Shown here: in pieces, positions 135,927 to 145,433 of the stretch
Position numbering within the stretch: the stretch's first letter is position 1
How the letters are laid out: each line of letters begins with the position of its first letter
Origin: Hyalangium minutum
Lineage (GTDB): Bacteria > Myxococcota > Myxococcia > Myxococcales > Myxococcaceae
Assembly: GCF_000737315.1 (NCBI RefSeq)
Contig: NZ_JMCB01000001.1
Coordinates: forward strand, 20,001 to 268,000
Length of the DNA stretch: 248,000 nucleotides
Direction of reading: 5' to 3'
Program-made: the position numbers and the translations under genes
Notes under the pieces: model-generated
Database searches by the model: none
What the model saw: only the letters and a program-made list of their open reading frames with translations
Told to the model about the DNA's origin: nothing

Positions 135927-138203
135927 TTGAGTCTCATCTTCGTCTTCCCAGGGCAGGGCTCTCAGCGCGTGGGCATGGGGGCGGATCTCTTCCCGGCCTT
136001 CCCCGAGCTGGTGGACAAGGCCAGCAACCTCCTTGGCTACTCGGTGCGCCAGCTGTGTCTGGAGGATCCGCAGGAGCGGCTGAACCAGACGCAGTTCACC
136101 CAGCCCGCGCTCTACGTGGTGAACGCGCTGAGCTACCTGGCGAAGGTGGAGCAGCTGCGGCGGAAGCCGGACTTCGTGGCCGGCCACAGCCTGGGCGAGT
136201 ACGACGCGCTCTTCGCCTCGGGGGTGGTGGACTTCGAGACAGGGCTGCGGCTCGTCCAGCGCCGGGGCGAGCTGATGGCCCGTGCCACCGGAGGAGGCAT
136301 GTGCGCCGTCGTCGGCCTGCCGCTGGAGGGGCTACAGGAGGTGCTCGCACGGGCCCCTGCGGTGGATGTCGCCAACCTCAACACCCCGCAGCAGACGGTC
136401 CTCGCTGGCCCCACCGCGGACCTGGAGGCCCTGCGCCAGCCGCTGCTCGACGCGGGCGCCCGCTCGGTGGTGCCGCTCAAGGTGAGCGCGCCCTTCCACT
136501 CGCGCTACATGGAGCCCGCGCGCCGCGAGTTCGCGGCCTTCCTTGAGGGCTTCCGCTTCGCGCCCCCGCGCCTCCCCGTCATCGCCAACGTGGACGCCCA
136601 GCCCTACACCGCTGCCAACACCCGCGACAACCTCGCTCGGCAGATCTCCAGCCCCGTCCGCTGGGTGGAGACGGTGCGCTACCTGATGCAGACCTCGGAG
136701 CGCCCCACCTTCGAGGAGGTGGGCCCAGGCACCGTGCTGGCGGGGCTCCTCAAGAAGATCCAGGCGGAGCTGCCCGCGCAGCCAGCGCCGCCAGCCGCCG
136801 CCAGCGCCCCGGCACGACAGGCTCCATCCTCCGCCTCGCCCTCGACAGGCCGGATCACCGCCGAGTCCCTGGGCAGCGCCGAGTTCCGGCGTGACCACGG
136901 CGTGCGCTACGCCTACGTGGCCGGCGCCATGTACAAGGGCATCGCCTCCGAGGCGCTCGTCATCCGCATGGGCAAGGCGGGCCTGCTCAGCTTCCTGGGC
137001 TCGGGCGGGCTGAAGCTGCAGCGCCTGGAGGAGGCCATCCGGAAGATCCAGGCGGAGCTGCCGCGAGGAGCTCCCTACGGGATGAACCTGCTGGCCAACC
137101 TGGAGCAGCCGGAGCAAGAGGACGCGGTGGTGGATCTGTTTCTCCGCTACGGCGTCACCCGCGTGGAGGCCGCGGCCTACATGCAGATCACCCCCAGCGT
137201 GGTGCGCTACCGCTGCCAGGGCCTGCGCCGCGCTCCGGACGGCTCCATCGTCGCGGAGAACAAGGTGCTCGCCAAGGTCTCCCGCCCGGAGGTGGCCGAG
137301 GCCTTCCTCAGCCCCGCTCCTGAGCGGCTCCTGAAGAAGCTGGTGGAGACGGGCCGGATCACCGCCGAGCAGGCGGCCTTGGCGCGGGACTTCCCCATGT
137401 GCGACGACCTGTGCGCGGAGGCGGACTCAGGCGGGCATACGGATCAGGGCGTGGCCTTTACGATGGTGCCCGCCATGCTGCTGCTGCGAGACGAGGTGTC
137501 GCGCCGCCACGGCTACCGGAAGCGGATCCGCGTGGGCGCCGCAGGCGGGATTGGCACGCCGCACGCGGCCGCCGCGGCCTTCATCCTGGGGGCCGACTTC
137601 GTGCTCTCCGGCAGCATCAACCAGTGCACGGTGGAGGCTGGCACCAGCGACATCGTCCGCGACATGCTCCAGCAGGCGGACATCCAGGACACGGAGATGG
137701 CGCCCGCGGGCGACATGTTCGAGCTGGGCGCCAAGGTGCAGGTCTTCAGCAAGGGCCTCTTCTTCGCGGCCCGGGCCAACAAGCTCTATGAGCTGTACCG
137801 CCGCTACAACTCCCTGGAGGAGATCGACGAGAAGACGCGCGAGCAGATCCAGACGCGCTACTTCAAGCGCAGCTTCGACGAGGTGTGGCGCGAGACGCGG
137901 GACTACTACCAGCGCGTGCACCCACACGCGCTCGAGAAGGCGGAGAAGAGCCCCAAGCACCGCATGGCGCTCATCTTCAAGTGGTACTTCGTCCACTCCA
138001 CCCGGCTGGCCACCCGAGGCGTGGCGGATCAGAAGGTCGACTTCCAGATCCAGTGCGGCCCGGCCATGGGCGCCTTCAACCGCTACGTGAAGGGCACGCC
138101 GCTGGAGTCCTGGCGCAACCGCCACGTGGACACCGTGGCCGAGATGATGATGACGCACGCCGCGGAGCACCTGCAGCAGCGGTTCACGGCGCTGCAGGGG
138201 TAG
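135927..138203 (+). CDS. Acyltransferase-enoylreductase (PfaD-like) fusion
   Basis: FPGQGSQ/GHSLG AT plus AEADSGGHTD ER; TTG start. Confidence 0.9.
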   Translation: MSLIFVFPGQGSQRVGMGADLFPAFPELVDKASNLLGYSVRQLCLEDPQERLNQTQFTQPALYVVNALSYLAKVEQLRRKPDFVAGHSLGEYDALFASGVVDFETGLRLVQRRGELMARATGGGMCAVVGLPLEGLQEVLARAPAVDVANLNTPQQTVLAGPTADLEALRQPLLDAGARSVVPLKVSAPFHSRYMEPARREFAAFLEGFRFAPPRLPVIANVDAQPYTAANTRDNLARQISSPVRWVETVRYLMQTSERPTFEEVGPGTVLAGLLKKIQAELPAQPAPPAAASAPARQAPSSASPSTGRITAESLGSAEFRRDHGVRYAYVAGAMYKGIASEALVIRMGKAGLLSFLGSGGLKLQRLEEAIRKIQAELPRGAPYGMNLLANLEQPEQEDAVVDLFLRYGVTRVEAAAYMQITPSVVRYRCQGLRRAPDGSIVAENKVLAKVSRPEVAEAFLSPAPERLLKKLVETGRITAEQAALARDFPMCDDLCAEADSGGHTDQGVAFTMVPAMLLLRDEVSRRHGYRKRIRVGAAGGIGTPHAAAAAFILGADFVLSGSINQCTVEAGTSDIVRDMLQQADIQDTEMAPAGDMFELGAKVQVFSKGLFFAARANKLYELYRRYNSLEEIDEKTREQIQTRYFKRSFDEVWRETRDYYQRVHPHALEKAEKSPKHRMALIFKWYFVHSTRLATRGVADQKVDFQIQCGPAMGAFNRYVKGTPLESWRNRHVDTVAEMMMTHAAEHLQQRFTALQG

Positions 138204-138209
138204 CCCCGC

Positions 138210-138989
138210 TCAGGGCACCAGGAAGGGGATGAGCTGCTCCGAGAGGCCCCGGAGCAGCGCCTCCCGGGCGCCGCCCTTCTCGTTGAGATAGAAGTGGCCG
138301 CCGGGGAACATCTGCCGGGAGAAGGCTGCCGCGGTGTGCTGGCGCCAGGCCTCCAGTTCCTCCGGACGCGCGCGTGCGTCCTCCACGCCACCCAAGGTGG
138401 AGATGGGGCAGTCGAGCGGCGCCTCCCGCACGTGCGTATAGCTCTCCAGCACCGCGAAGTCCCCCCGCAGGCTGGGCAGGTACAGCTGCAGCAGCTCCGG
138501 CTCCGCCAAGATGGCGCGCGGGAAGCCGTTGTAGCGCTGCACCATCTCGCGGATGAACTGCTCTTGCGGCAGCGCGTGGATTGGGGGATCGGCGTGCTGC
138601 AAGTGCGGCGCGTGGCGCCCCGAGACGAGCAGGTGTGCGGGCTGGCGTCCATGGTTGCGGCGCAGCTCACGGGCCGTCTCGAAGGCCACCAGCGCCCCCA
138701 TGCTGTGCCCGAAGAAGGCCAGGGGGCCCTCCACGTGCCGGGCCAGGAGGGGCGCCAGCGCCTGGACGATCGCCGTCATTGAGGTGAAGGGCGGCTCACG
138801 GATGCGCGACTCGCGCCCTGGCAGCCGCACGAGCACCACCTCTACCCCGGGGGGCAGCAGATCCGCCCACCCGTGGTACACGGTCGTCCCCGCCCCCGCG
138901 TACGAGAAGCAGACCAACCGCACCATTGCCCCGGGGTCTGGCCGCGGACGCACCAACCACCGCCCTACCCACTCACGTTCATCCACCAT
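138210..138989 (-). CDS. Type II thioesterase
   Basis: GHSMG, PGGHFY. Confidence 0.9.
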   Translation of the reverse strand: MVDEREWVGRWLVRPRPDPGAMVRLVCFSYAGAGTTVYHGWADLLPPGVEVVLVRLPGRESRIREPPFTSMTAIVQALAPLLARHVEGPLAFFGHSMGALVAFETARELRRNHGRQPAHLLVSGRHAPHLQHADPPIHALPQEQFIREMVQRYNGFPRAILAEPELLQLYLPSLRGDFAVLESYTHVREAPLDCPISTLGGVEDARARPEELEAWRQHTAAAFSRQMFPGGHFYLNEKGGAREALLRGLSEQLIPFLVP

Positions 138990-139039
138990 CTGTTGCGTCT
139001 CGCGGAAAGAGCCCTGGCTCCAGGCGGGGGGAAGCGGAC

Positions 139040-140200
139040 CTAGAAGTTCGTGGTCCGCTCCAGGTTGCGCACATCGAAGATGCCCTGCGGCACGTCCGCG
139101 CCGAACTTGATGTCGGTCAGCACCAGCTCCGTCCGGCTGCCCTGCTTCAGCTTGTCCTCCAGGATGACGCGCTGGGGGTAGAAGCGATCACCGATCTTCA
139201 CGACATCCACCATCCGCATCACCTTCAGCAGCTTGCCCGTGTTGGCGTAGCGCTCCTCCTTCAGGGGCAACAGCGTCCGCTTGGAGATCCACTGCCGGAT
139301 CTCCGGGTAGGCGACGCCCTGGTTCTTGGCCTTCAGGTACACGACGTAGGCGTCCTCTCCGTCCACCTTCTCGGAAGGCTTCAGCTCGCCGTTGTAGCTG
139401 TCGAGCACCTTCTTGTTCTCCGCCATATCCTCATAGGAGAAGTCCGAGCCCATCATCGACTGGCGGAGCATGTGCCCCGACAGCTTCACCGTCTTCTCTG
139501 TCCGCGGGAAGTACGTCCACAGCTGCCCTTGCAGCTTGAGGAAGCGGCTCCCCTTATCCCGATCCGGCTTCAGGAAGATGATGAAGGAGTCCGTCTGGCC
139601 GCGGGAGAAGAGCTTCAGCTCCTTCTCGCGCGTCTCGCTCGGCGTCACGATGATCATCTTCGCGGTCGCCGAGCGCGTCTCGAAGGTCAGTTGCCCGTCC
139701 ATACGCCGGAGGATCTCCTCCACCGAGGTCAACTCTTCGACGAGCGCGGCGGTCCCCTGTGCAGCCAGCGCAGTCCCCTGGGGTGCAGCCGGGGGGGGGC
139801 CCTGCACGGCCGGAACGGGGGCCTGTGCAACAGCCGGAGCGGGGGGCTGTGCGGCCGGCGGCTGTGCGGCAGCCGGAGCGGGGGGCTGTGCGGCCGGCGG
139901 CTGTGCAGCCGGGGCGGGGGCCTGTGCAACCGGGGGAGTGCCTGCGGAGGTCTTGGCAGGAGTCTGCGCAGTCTTGGCAGGCGCAGCCGGAGCTTTGGCA
140001 GGAGTCTGCGCGGTCTTGGCAGGCGCAGCCGGAGCCTTGGCAGGCACAGCCGGAGCCTTGGCAGGCGCGGCCGGAGCCTGGGCTTGCTCGGCCGCCTGGA
140101 TCGGGGTGCCCCCCAGCAGGAAGGTCAGCCCCAGCAGCGCCGCCGTGAGGGTCCGTACGCCCTTGCGTGAAGCGTTCTCGCTGTTCGTTATGTTCGACAT
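139040..140200 (-). CDS. Outer-membrane lipoprotein-sorting (LolA-like) protein with Pro/Ala/Gln repeat linker
   Basis: G..FLK...QLW.Y.P, MGSDFSYED; APAAQPP repeats. Confidence 0.8.
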   Translation of the reverse strand: MSNITNSENASRKGVRTLTAALLGLTFLLGGTPIQAAEQAQAPAAPAKAPAVPAKAPAAPAKTAQTPAKAPAAPAKTAQTPAKTSAGTPPVAQAPAPAAQPPAAQPPAPAAAQPPAAQPPAPAVAQAPVPAVQGPPPAAPQGTALAAQGTAALVEELTSVEEILRRMDGQLTFETRSATAKMIIVTPSETREKELKLFSRGQTDSFIIFLKPDRDKGSRFLKLQGQLWTYFPRTEKTVKLSGHMLRQSMMGSDFSYEDMAENKKVLDSYNGELKPSEKVDGEDAYVVYLKAKNQGVAYPEIRQWISKRTLLPLKEERYANTGKLLKVMRMVDVVKIGDRFYPQRVILEDKLKQGSRTELVLTDIKFGADVPQGIFDVRNLERTTNF

Positions 140201-140247
140201 GATCCACCTCGACGCGGCACCGTGGCCGCGATTCAAAAGTCGGCTGA

Positions 140248-141471
140248 CTAGCCCTTCACCATCGCATCCTGAGGCGTCATCGACAGCGTCTTGAGCACGG
140301 GGAGAATCATGCCCAGGATGCCCAGCAGCACGCCCATGACGACCGCCGTCACCACGGCGCCCACGGTGAAGTCTCCCCGCAACACCGAGACGGCCAGGGC
140401 AACCCCCTGCACCTTGTCCGAGGACACGGTGAGCCCCACCGTCTGCAGGTACCACCCGAGTGGAATGGCGAACACCAGCCCCGCCATGCTGCCCAGGAAC
140501 CCGTACAGCGCCGCCTCGTAGAGGAACGAGGTGACAATGCCCCGGCGAGACATCCCCAGCGCCATCAACACCCCCACCTCCTTGCGGCGCTCCAGCACGG
140601 ACACCATCATCATGTTCAAGATGCCCAAGCCGGCCACGAAGCAGACGATGAAGGAGACACCCTGCCGGATGCCCTGCAGCATTTGGTAGATGCTCAGCAG
140701 GAACGGATCGTCCTGCCACGTCCGGATCGCTGTGCTCTCCCCCAGAATCCCACTGGCGCGGATGCGCTCCGCCAGCGGCCCCGCCTGATCGTACCGGGTG
140801 CCATACAGAACGATCTTCGTAGCGCCATCTTCCATGCCCAGAAACTCCTGTGCCGCTTGGACGGGCATGTAGAGCGCTCTATTCGCGGCCGCGTTGCCAA
140901 GGTCGAAGATCCCCGCCAGCTGGAAGTCATCCGCGGTGAAGCTGTCGTATGCGTCCTTACCCAGGAGGGTTACCTTGTCGCCGAGCTTGAGGCCTAGCTC
141001 GTCCACCAAGGTCTTGCCCAGCAAGATGGCCTTCTGCCCCGGCTGGAGGTAGCTGCCCGCGACGATGTTGTGGGGCAGGCCCGAGCGCTGGCCGAACACC
141101 TCCACGTCCACGCCCGTGGCGCGCACGGACTTGTTCTTCTGGCCACTCTCCACCAGCACGCCAAAGTCGATGCGCGGAGCGGCCGCTTCCACGCCCTCCA
141201 CCTTGAGCAGCTGCTGCTTCAGCTCGGAGGTGCCGGGCACAAAGTACTTGAGGGGATTGAACCGGCTCTTGGCGAAGTAGTCCTTCTGGGCCACCACCAG
141301 CTCCCCGGACTCGCCTACCATCTCCAGAAAGATCTGCTTCTCCACCCCGCCTGCCAGGGTGATGCCTCCCACGATGAAGGTGACGGCGAGGGCGATGGCC
141401 GCCAGCGCCAGCGCGGCACGGGTCCGCTGGCGGAAGATGTTCTTGAAACCCAATCGAAGCAGATAGAGCAC
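140248..141471 (-). CDS. ABC permease (FtsX/LolE family)
   Basis: SVLERRKEVGVLMALG. Confidence 0.85.
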   Translation of the reverse strand: MLYLLRLGFKNIFRQRTRAALALAAIALAVTFIVGGITLAGGVEKQIFLEMVGESGELVVAQKDYFAKSRFNPLKYFVPGTSELKQQLLKVEGVEAAAPRIDFGVLVESGQKNKSVRATGVDVEVFGQRSGLPHNIVAGSYLQPGQKAILLGKTLVDELGLKLGDKVTLLGKDAYDSFTADDFQLAGIFDLGNAAANRALYMPVQAAQEFLGMEDGATKIVLYGTRYDQAGPLAERIRASGILGESTAIRTWQDDPFLLSIYQMLQGIRQGVSFIVCFVAGLGILNMMMVSVLERRKEVGVLMALGMSRRGIVTSFLYEAALYGFLGSMAGLVFAIPLGWYLQTVGLTVSSDKVQGVALAVSVLRGDFTVGAVVTAVVMGVLLGILGMILPVLKTLSMTPQDAMVKG

Positions 141472-141515
141472 GGAAGGTTCCTCTCTCAGGGACGAAGACG
141501 GGCACCCCACCTGGG

Positions 141516-142733
141516 TCAGCGCTTCATCGCCTCCATGGGGCTGAGCCGCGAGAACTTGATGGCCGGGTACAGCGCCGCGAGCGCGGCGACGATGAGGCCG
141601 GTCGCGAAGGCGGAGGCCACCCGGGAGAACGACAAGTCCACGTAGAGCATGGTGCTCATCGACACGCTGAAGTTGCTGGAGGCCGCCATCTGGGAGATGT
141701 CGACGCCTTTGCTCATGCCCTGGATGACAGCGCAGCCCAGCAGCGAGCCCCCCAGCGCGCCCATCAGGCCGATCACCGCCGCCTCCACCATCAGCATCGC
141801 GGCCACGCGCTCGGTCTGCAGGCCCAGCGCGCGGTAGGTGCCGATCTCCCGGAGCCGCTCGAAGGCGCTCATCACCAAGGTGTTGGCGATGCTGCTGGCC
141901 GCCACCAGCATGATCACCAGCACGAGCGCGTCGAGCGACTGGCGCTTGCTCTGGTTGACGCCGAGCACCGGGGCAGCACGCTCCTTCCACGTCTGCATGA
142001 CGAGCCCCTGGCCTCCCAGCAGCGCCGCATGGCGCGCCTGCAGGTCCATGGCCATGGCGTCGCGGGGCAGCAGGCCCACCACCTCGGAGACGGCGTCCTG
142101 CGCGTCCATCAACTGCTGGGCCTTCTTCAACGGGAGGAAGAAGGTGGAGGTGTCCACGGCGGCATTGGAGCTTCGGATGATGCCAGCCACCACGAACTCC
142201 TCCGCCGTATAGGCCCCGAACCGGGTGCGCGCCAGCAGCGTCGCGGAGGAGCCGGGCTCCAGCTTGAGTGCCTCGGCCAGCCCTGCGCCCACCCACACAG
142301 GCGTCTGCTCCGGCGGCACCGGCGCCGAGCGGATGACGGGGAGTTCGAACGCGGCCAGGTAGGTCTCCGGCTCGATGCCCACTGCCCGGGCGTGCAGCCC
142401 GTCCGTGCCGTTGCTCAGCTCCGCCGGGAAGGACAGGCGCGGATGGAGCTGAACGCCCGAGGTCTCTCCCAGCGGCGCCTTCACCTTCTCCCACCCCTCC
142501 ACCAGGGGCCCCTGCTCGTTCTCTTCCTCCGCCTCCAGATAGCCCTTGGACATGATCCGGAAGTGCCCCGTGTCCGAGCGGATCTGCCCGCGGATGACGG
142601 AGCTGTCCAGCGCGTCCACGAAGGACAACCCGAGGAGCATCATGAACACGCCCACGAAGACGGACACTGCCGTCAGAAGCGAGCGGCGGGCCTTGCGGAA
142701 CGTGTTCTTCAGCGCGATTCGCAGGAGGAACAT
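141516..142733 (-). CDS. ABC permease (FtsX/LolC family)
   Basis: ERLREIGTYRALG. Confidence 0.85.
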   Translation of the reverse strand: MFLLRIALKNTFRKARRSLLTAVSVFVGVFMMLLGLSFVDALDSSVIRGQIRSDTGHFRIMSKGYLEAEEENEQGPLVEGWEKVKAPLGETSGVQLHPRLSFPAELSNGTDGLHARAVGIEPETYLAAFELPVIRSAPVPPEQTPVWVGAGLAEALKLEPGSSATLLARTRFGAYTAEEFVVAGIIRSSNAAVDTSTFFLPLKKAQQLMDAQDAVSEVVGLLPRDAMAMDLQARHAALLGGQGLVMQTWKERAAPVLGVNQSKRQSLDALVLVIMLVAASSIANTLVMSAFERLREIGTYRALGLQTERVAAMLMVEAAVIGLMGALGGSLLGCAVIQGMSKGVDISQMAASSNFSVSMSTMLYVDLSFSRVASAFATGLIVAALAALYPAIKFSRLSPMEAMKR

Positions 142734-143488
142734 TACCCACGCTCCTCGATGCCGATGACCTTGCCGTCGCGCAGCCTCACCAGCCGGGTGGCGTACTCCA
142801 TCACCAGCGGATCATGGGACGAGAAGATGAAGGTGGTGCCGAAGGAGGCGTTCAGCTCCTTCATCAGGCCGAGAATCTCGCGAGCGGTGTGGCTGTCCAG
142901 GTTGGCCGTGGGCTCGTCGGCCAGCAGCACCGCGGGCTTCTTCACCAGCGCCCGGGCAATGGCCACGCGCTGCTGCTGCCCGCCCGACAGCTGCCGCGGG
143001 AGCCGGTGCGCCAGGTGCTTGAGCCCTACCCGCTCCAGCACCGGGTCGACGAGCTCCGCGATCTGCGTCCGCGACAGGCCGCCTTTGATCTGCAGGGGCA
143101 GCTGCACGTTCTCATGCACGGTCAGCACCGGGATGAGGTTGAACTCCTGGAAGATGAAGCCAATGCGCTCCTTGCGGAACTCCGTCATCTGCCGGGCATT
143201 GAGCGTGCTGAGATCCACTCCATCCACGATGACCTTGCCGGACGAGGGCGCGTCGATGGCGCCAATCAGGTTCAGGCACGTGGACTTGCCCGAGCCGGAC
143301 GGGCCGGTCAGCGCCAGGAAGGCCCCCTTGGGGATCACCAGATCGACTCCGTCCACCGCCTTCACCATCGCCTCCCCAGAGCCGTAGGAGCGCGTGGTCT
143401 GCTGGAGCTGCACGATGGCCGACTGGCTCATGGGAGCCGAAGTGGCACCGGCCGGGACATTCACCTGGGACGTGACATTCTGACTCAT
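142733..143488 (-). CDS. ABC ATP-binding protein (LolD-like)
   Basis: [16 protein letters not shown]. Confidence 0.92.
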   Translation of the reverse strand: MSQNVTSQVNVPAGATSAPMSQSAIVQLQQTTRSYGSGEAMVKAVDGVDLVIPKGAFLALTGPSGSGKSTCLNLIGAIDAPSSGKVIVDGVDLSTLNARQMTEFRKERIGFIFQEFNLIPVLTVHENVQLPLQIKGGLSRTQIAELVDPVLERVGLKHLAHRLPRQLSGGQQQRVAIARALVKKPAVLLADEPTANLDSHTAREILGLMKELNASFGTTFIFSSHDPLVMEYATRLVRLRDGKVIGIEERG

Positions 143489-143509
143489 GTGTGCGTTGAC
143501 TCCTGAGGG

Positions 143510-144607
143510 CTAGAACCGCCAGTCGACATAGAGCTCGACCGTGCGTGTCGACAGCGCGCTGCCCAACGGGTGCCCTTCGCCGGGCTTGAACTCGCCCGGC
143601 CCCTGAAGGCCTCCCATCAGCAGTCCCCGGAGTGACACCTCCAGGTTGTCGAAGAAGTACCGGCCCACCCCCAACGACACGAGCCCAGTGCGGTCCTCGA
143701 GGTTGCCGATGAATGCCAGCGAGACGTAGGTCACCTCGTCGGTGGAGAGGTTGCCTGTCAGCGACACGTACTGGCGCCCCAGAAAGCTGCGCCGGCCCGC
143801 GGCGAGGGCCTCGTAGTCATAGTCGGACAGGCCGGCGCCGCCGGAGCTGTCCCGGTAGTACTGCGCGGAGAACGTCAGGCTTTGGAGGACGGGGAAGGAG
143901 TAGTCGGCCCCCACCACCACCCGGTAGGAGACCTTGCCTTCCTGGGGCAGGTGGACCGCCCCCTCCAACCAATAGCCCACCTCCAGGTCGCCCTTGATGT
144001 CCACGCCGAGCACCTGCTCGTCCCGGCGCCGATCATCCACGGCCACCACCGCCATGCCCGTCCCCCCCAACAGCCACTCGGCTCGCAGCAGGGACAGGGC
144101 CTTGTTCTGAGGAAAGGCCACGGCGCCAATCACCCGCGCGGTGGGGGACAGCGAGATGGAGGCGCGGGCAGTGTCCACGCCGCGCTTCTGCACCGCGAAG
144201 TTCAACGGGGTGTTGAGATCCACCAGATCGATGGGGTTCCAGATCATCGCGGACCCCATGTTGATGGCTTGCCGGCCGATGCGCAGATCCCACTTCTCGA
144301 AGTGGTAGTCGATATAGGCCCGGTCCACCAGCAGCACCTCGGCGTTGCCGGCCCGGCCCGCCGCCCCCAGCAGCCGCTGAGCGTTGAGCGTCACCACAGC
144401 GGCCATGTCCTCGCTCACGTTCACCGTGAACTCGGGGCGGATGTTGAGCTCGTAGCTGTAGTTGTCCTTGTCCAGCGGGCTGAAGACGTACAGCCGGTTG
144501 CGGACGCTGCCGCCGACGGAGGCAGACACCTCCGCCCGAGCCGCCGTTCCCAACAGCAGGAACAGCAGCCCGCTCCACACGACACCGCTCCCCTTCAACA
144601 TATCCAC
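143510..144607 (-). CDS. Outer-membrane beta-barrel protein
   Basis: IGRQ.I..G...WNP.D, C-terminal Phe. Confidence 0.7.
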   Translation of the reverse strand: MDMLKGSGVVWSGLLFLLLGTAARAEVSASVGGSVRNRLYVFSPLDKDNYSYELNIRPEFTVNVSEDMAAVVTLNAQRLLGAAGRAGNAEVLLVDRAYIDYHFEKWDLRIGRQAINMGSAMIWNPIDLVDLNTPLNFAVQKRGVDTARASISLSPTARVIGAVAFPQNKALSLLRAEWLLGGTGMAVVAVDDRRRDEQVLGVDIKGDLEVGYWLEGAVHLPQEGKVSYRVVVGADYSFPVLQSLTFSAQYYRDSSGGAGLSDYDYEALAAGRRSFLGRQYVSLTGNLSTDEVTYVSLAFIGNLEDRTGLVSLGVGRYFFDNLEVSLRGLLMGGLQGPGEFKPGEGHPLGSALSTRTVELYVDWRF

Positions 144608-144669
144608 ACAACCTTCTGGATCATGAACGGCTCACTACGCTGGCACAGCCCAGCACATCCACCAAGCTT

Positions 144670-145353
144670 TCAGCTGGCCGGGCTCTGCACGCGTGCTTGC
144701 TTCAGCCCGTAGTCCTCCAGGCGCAAGTAGCTGGTGTTGATCCAGATGAGCGGCTGGATGAGCCACCCCACGAACGCCAGGAAGAAGATCGTTCCAATAC
144801 CAATTGGCCCTCCAAGTACCCACCCAGCAGCCAGCAGCAGCACCTCCATGACGCCCTTGCAGAGCCAGAAGGGCAGCTTCCACCTGCGCACCATCGTCAA
144901 GGCCACCAGATCCATGGCCCGGATCCCGATGCCGCTCATGATGATCAACGAGGAGCCATAGGCGCACAGCACCACGCCCGCCAGCATCATCGGGAACGGG
145001 CTGAGCCCCACGAAGCGCTCCACGAAGTGCAGGTTCATCCACAGATCGATGAGGCTGCCGCAAAAGAAGAAGGTGAAGAAGGGGGACAGCGGGGGCCTCG
145101 TCCGGTTCCAGAGCCCGTAGACCAGCAGGCACAGCGCCGCGAAGCCTCCTTGCGCCAGCCCCACCGTGAGCGGCAGGTGCTTGACCAGGCCCAGCGCCAT
145201 GACGTCGAGCGGGTCCGTCCCCAGGTTCGACGCGATGAAGAACGCCGCTCCCATCGAGAATGTCACGCAGCCGAACAAGTACAGCACGTACTGGTCGCGT
145301 CCGAGCCCCAACAGCCATTTCCAGATTTTCTCGAAAAACAAGCTTACCCCCAA
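144670..145353 (-). CDS. YczE/YitT family membrane protein
   Basis: LG.DP.DV, GG.IGIGT. Confidence 0.8.
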   Translation of the reverse strand: MGVSLFFEKIWKWLLGLGRDQYVLYLFGCVTFSMGAAFFIASNLGTDPLDVMALGLVKHLPLTVGLAQGGFAALCLLVYGLWNRTRPPLSPFFTFFFCGSLIDLWMNLHFVERFVGLSPFPMMLAGVVLCAYGSSLIIMSGIGIRAMDLVALTMVRRWKLPFWLCKGVMEVLLLAAGWVLGGPIGIGTIFFLAFVGWLIQPLIWINTSYLRLEDYGLKQARVQSPAS

Positions 145354-145433
145354 GTCGCAGGCTCCTCTGTCTAACACAGGAATCCAGGTTTTTTGCAATA
145401 TTCTGGTTCCGAGGAGGAGTCGGCAGGAGGGGC

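Noticed and set aside
139790-140090. Short tandem DNA repeats
   Set aside because: They encode an in-frame Pro/Ala/Gln linker of the LolA-like protein, not a separate element.
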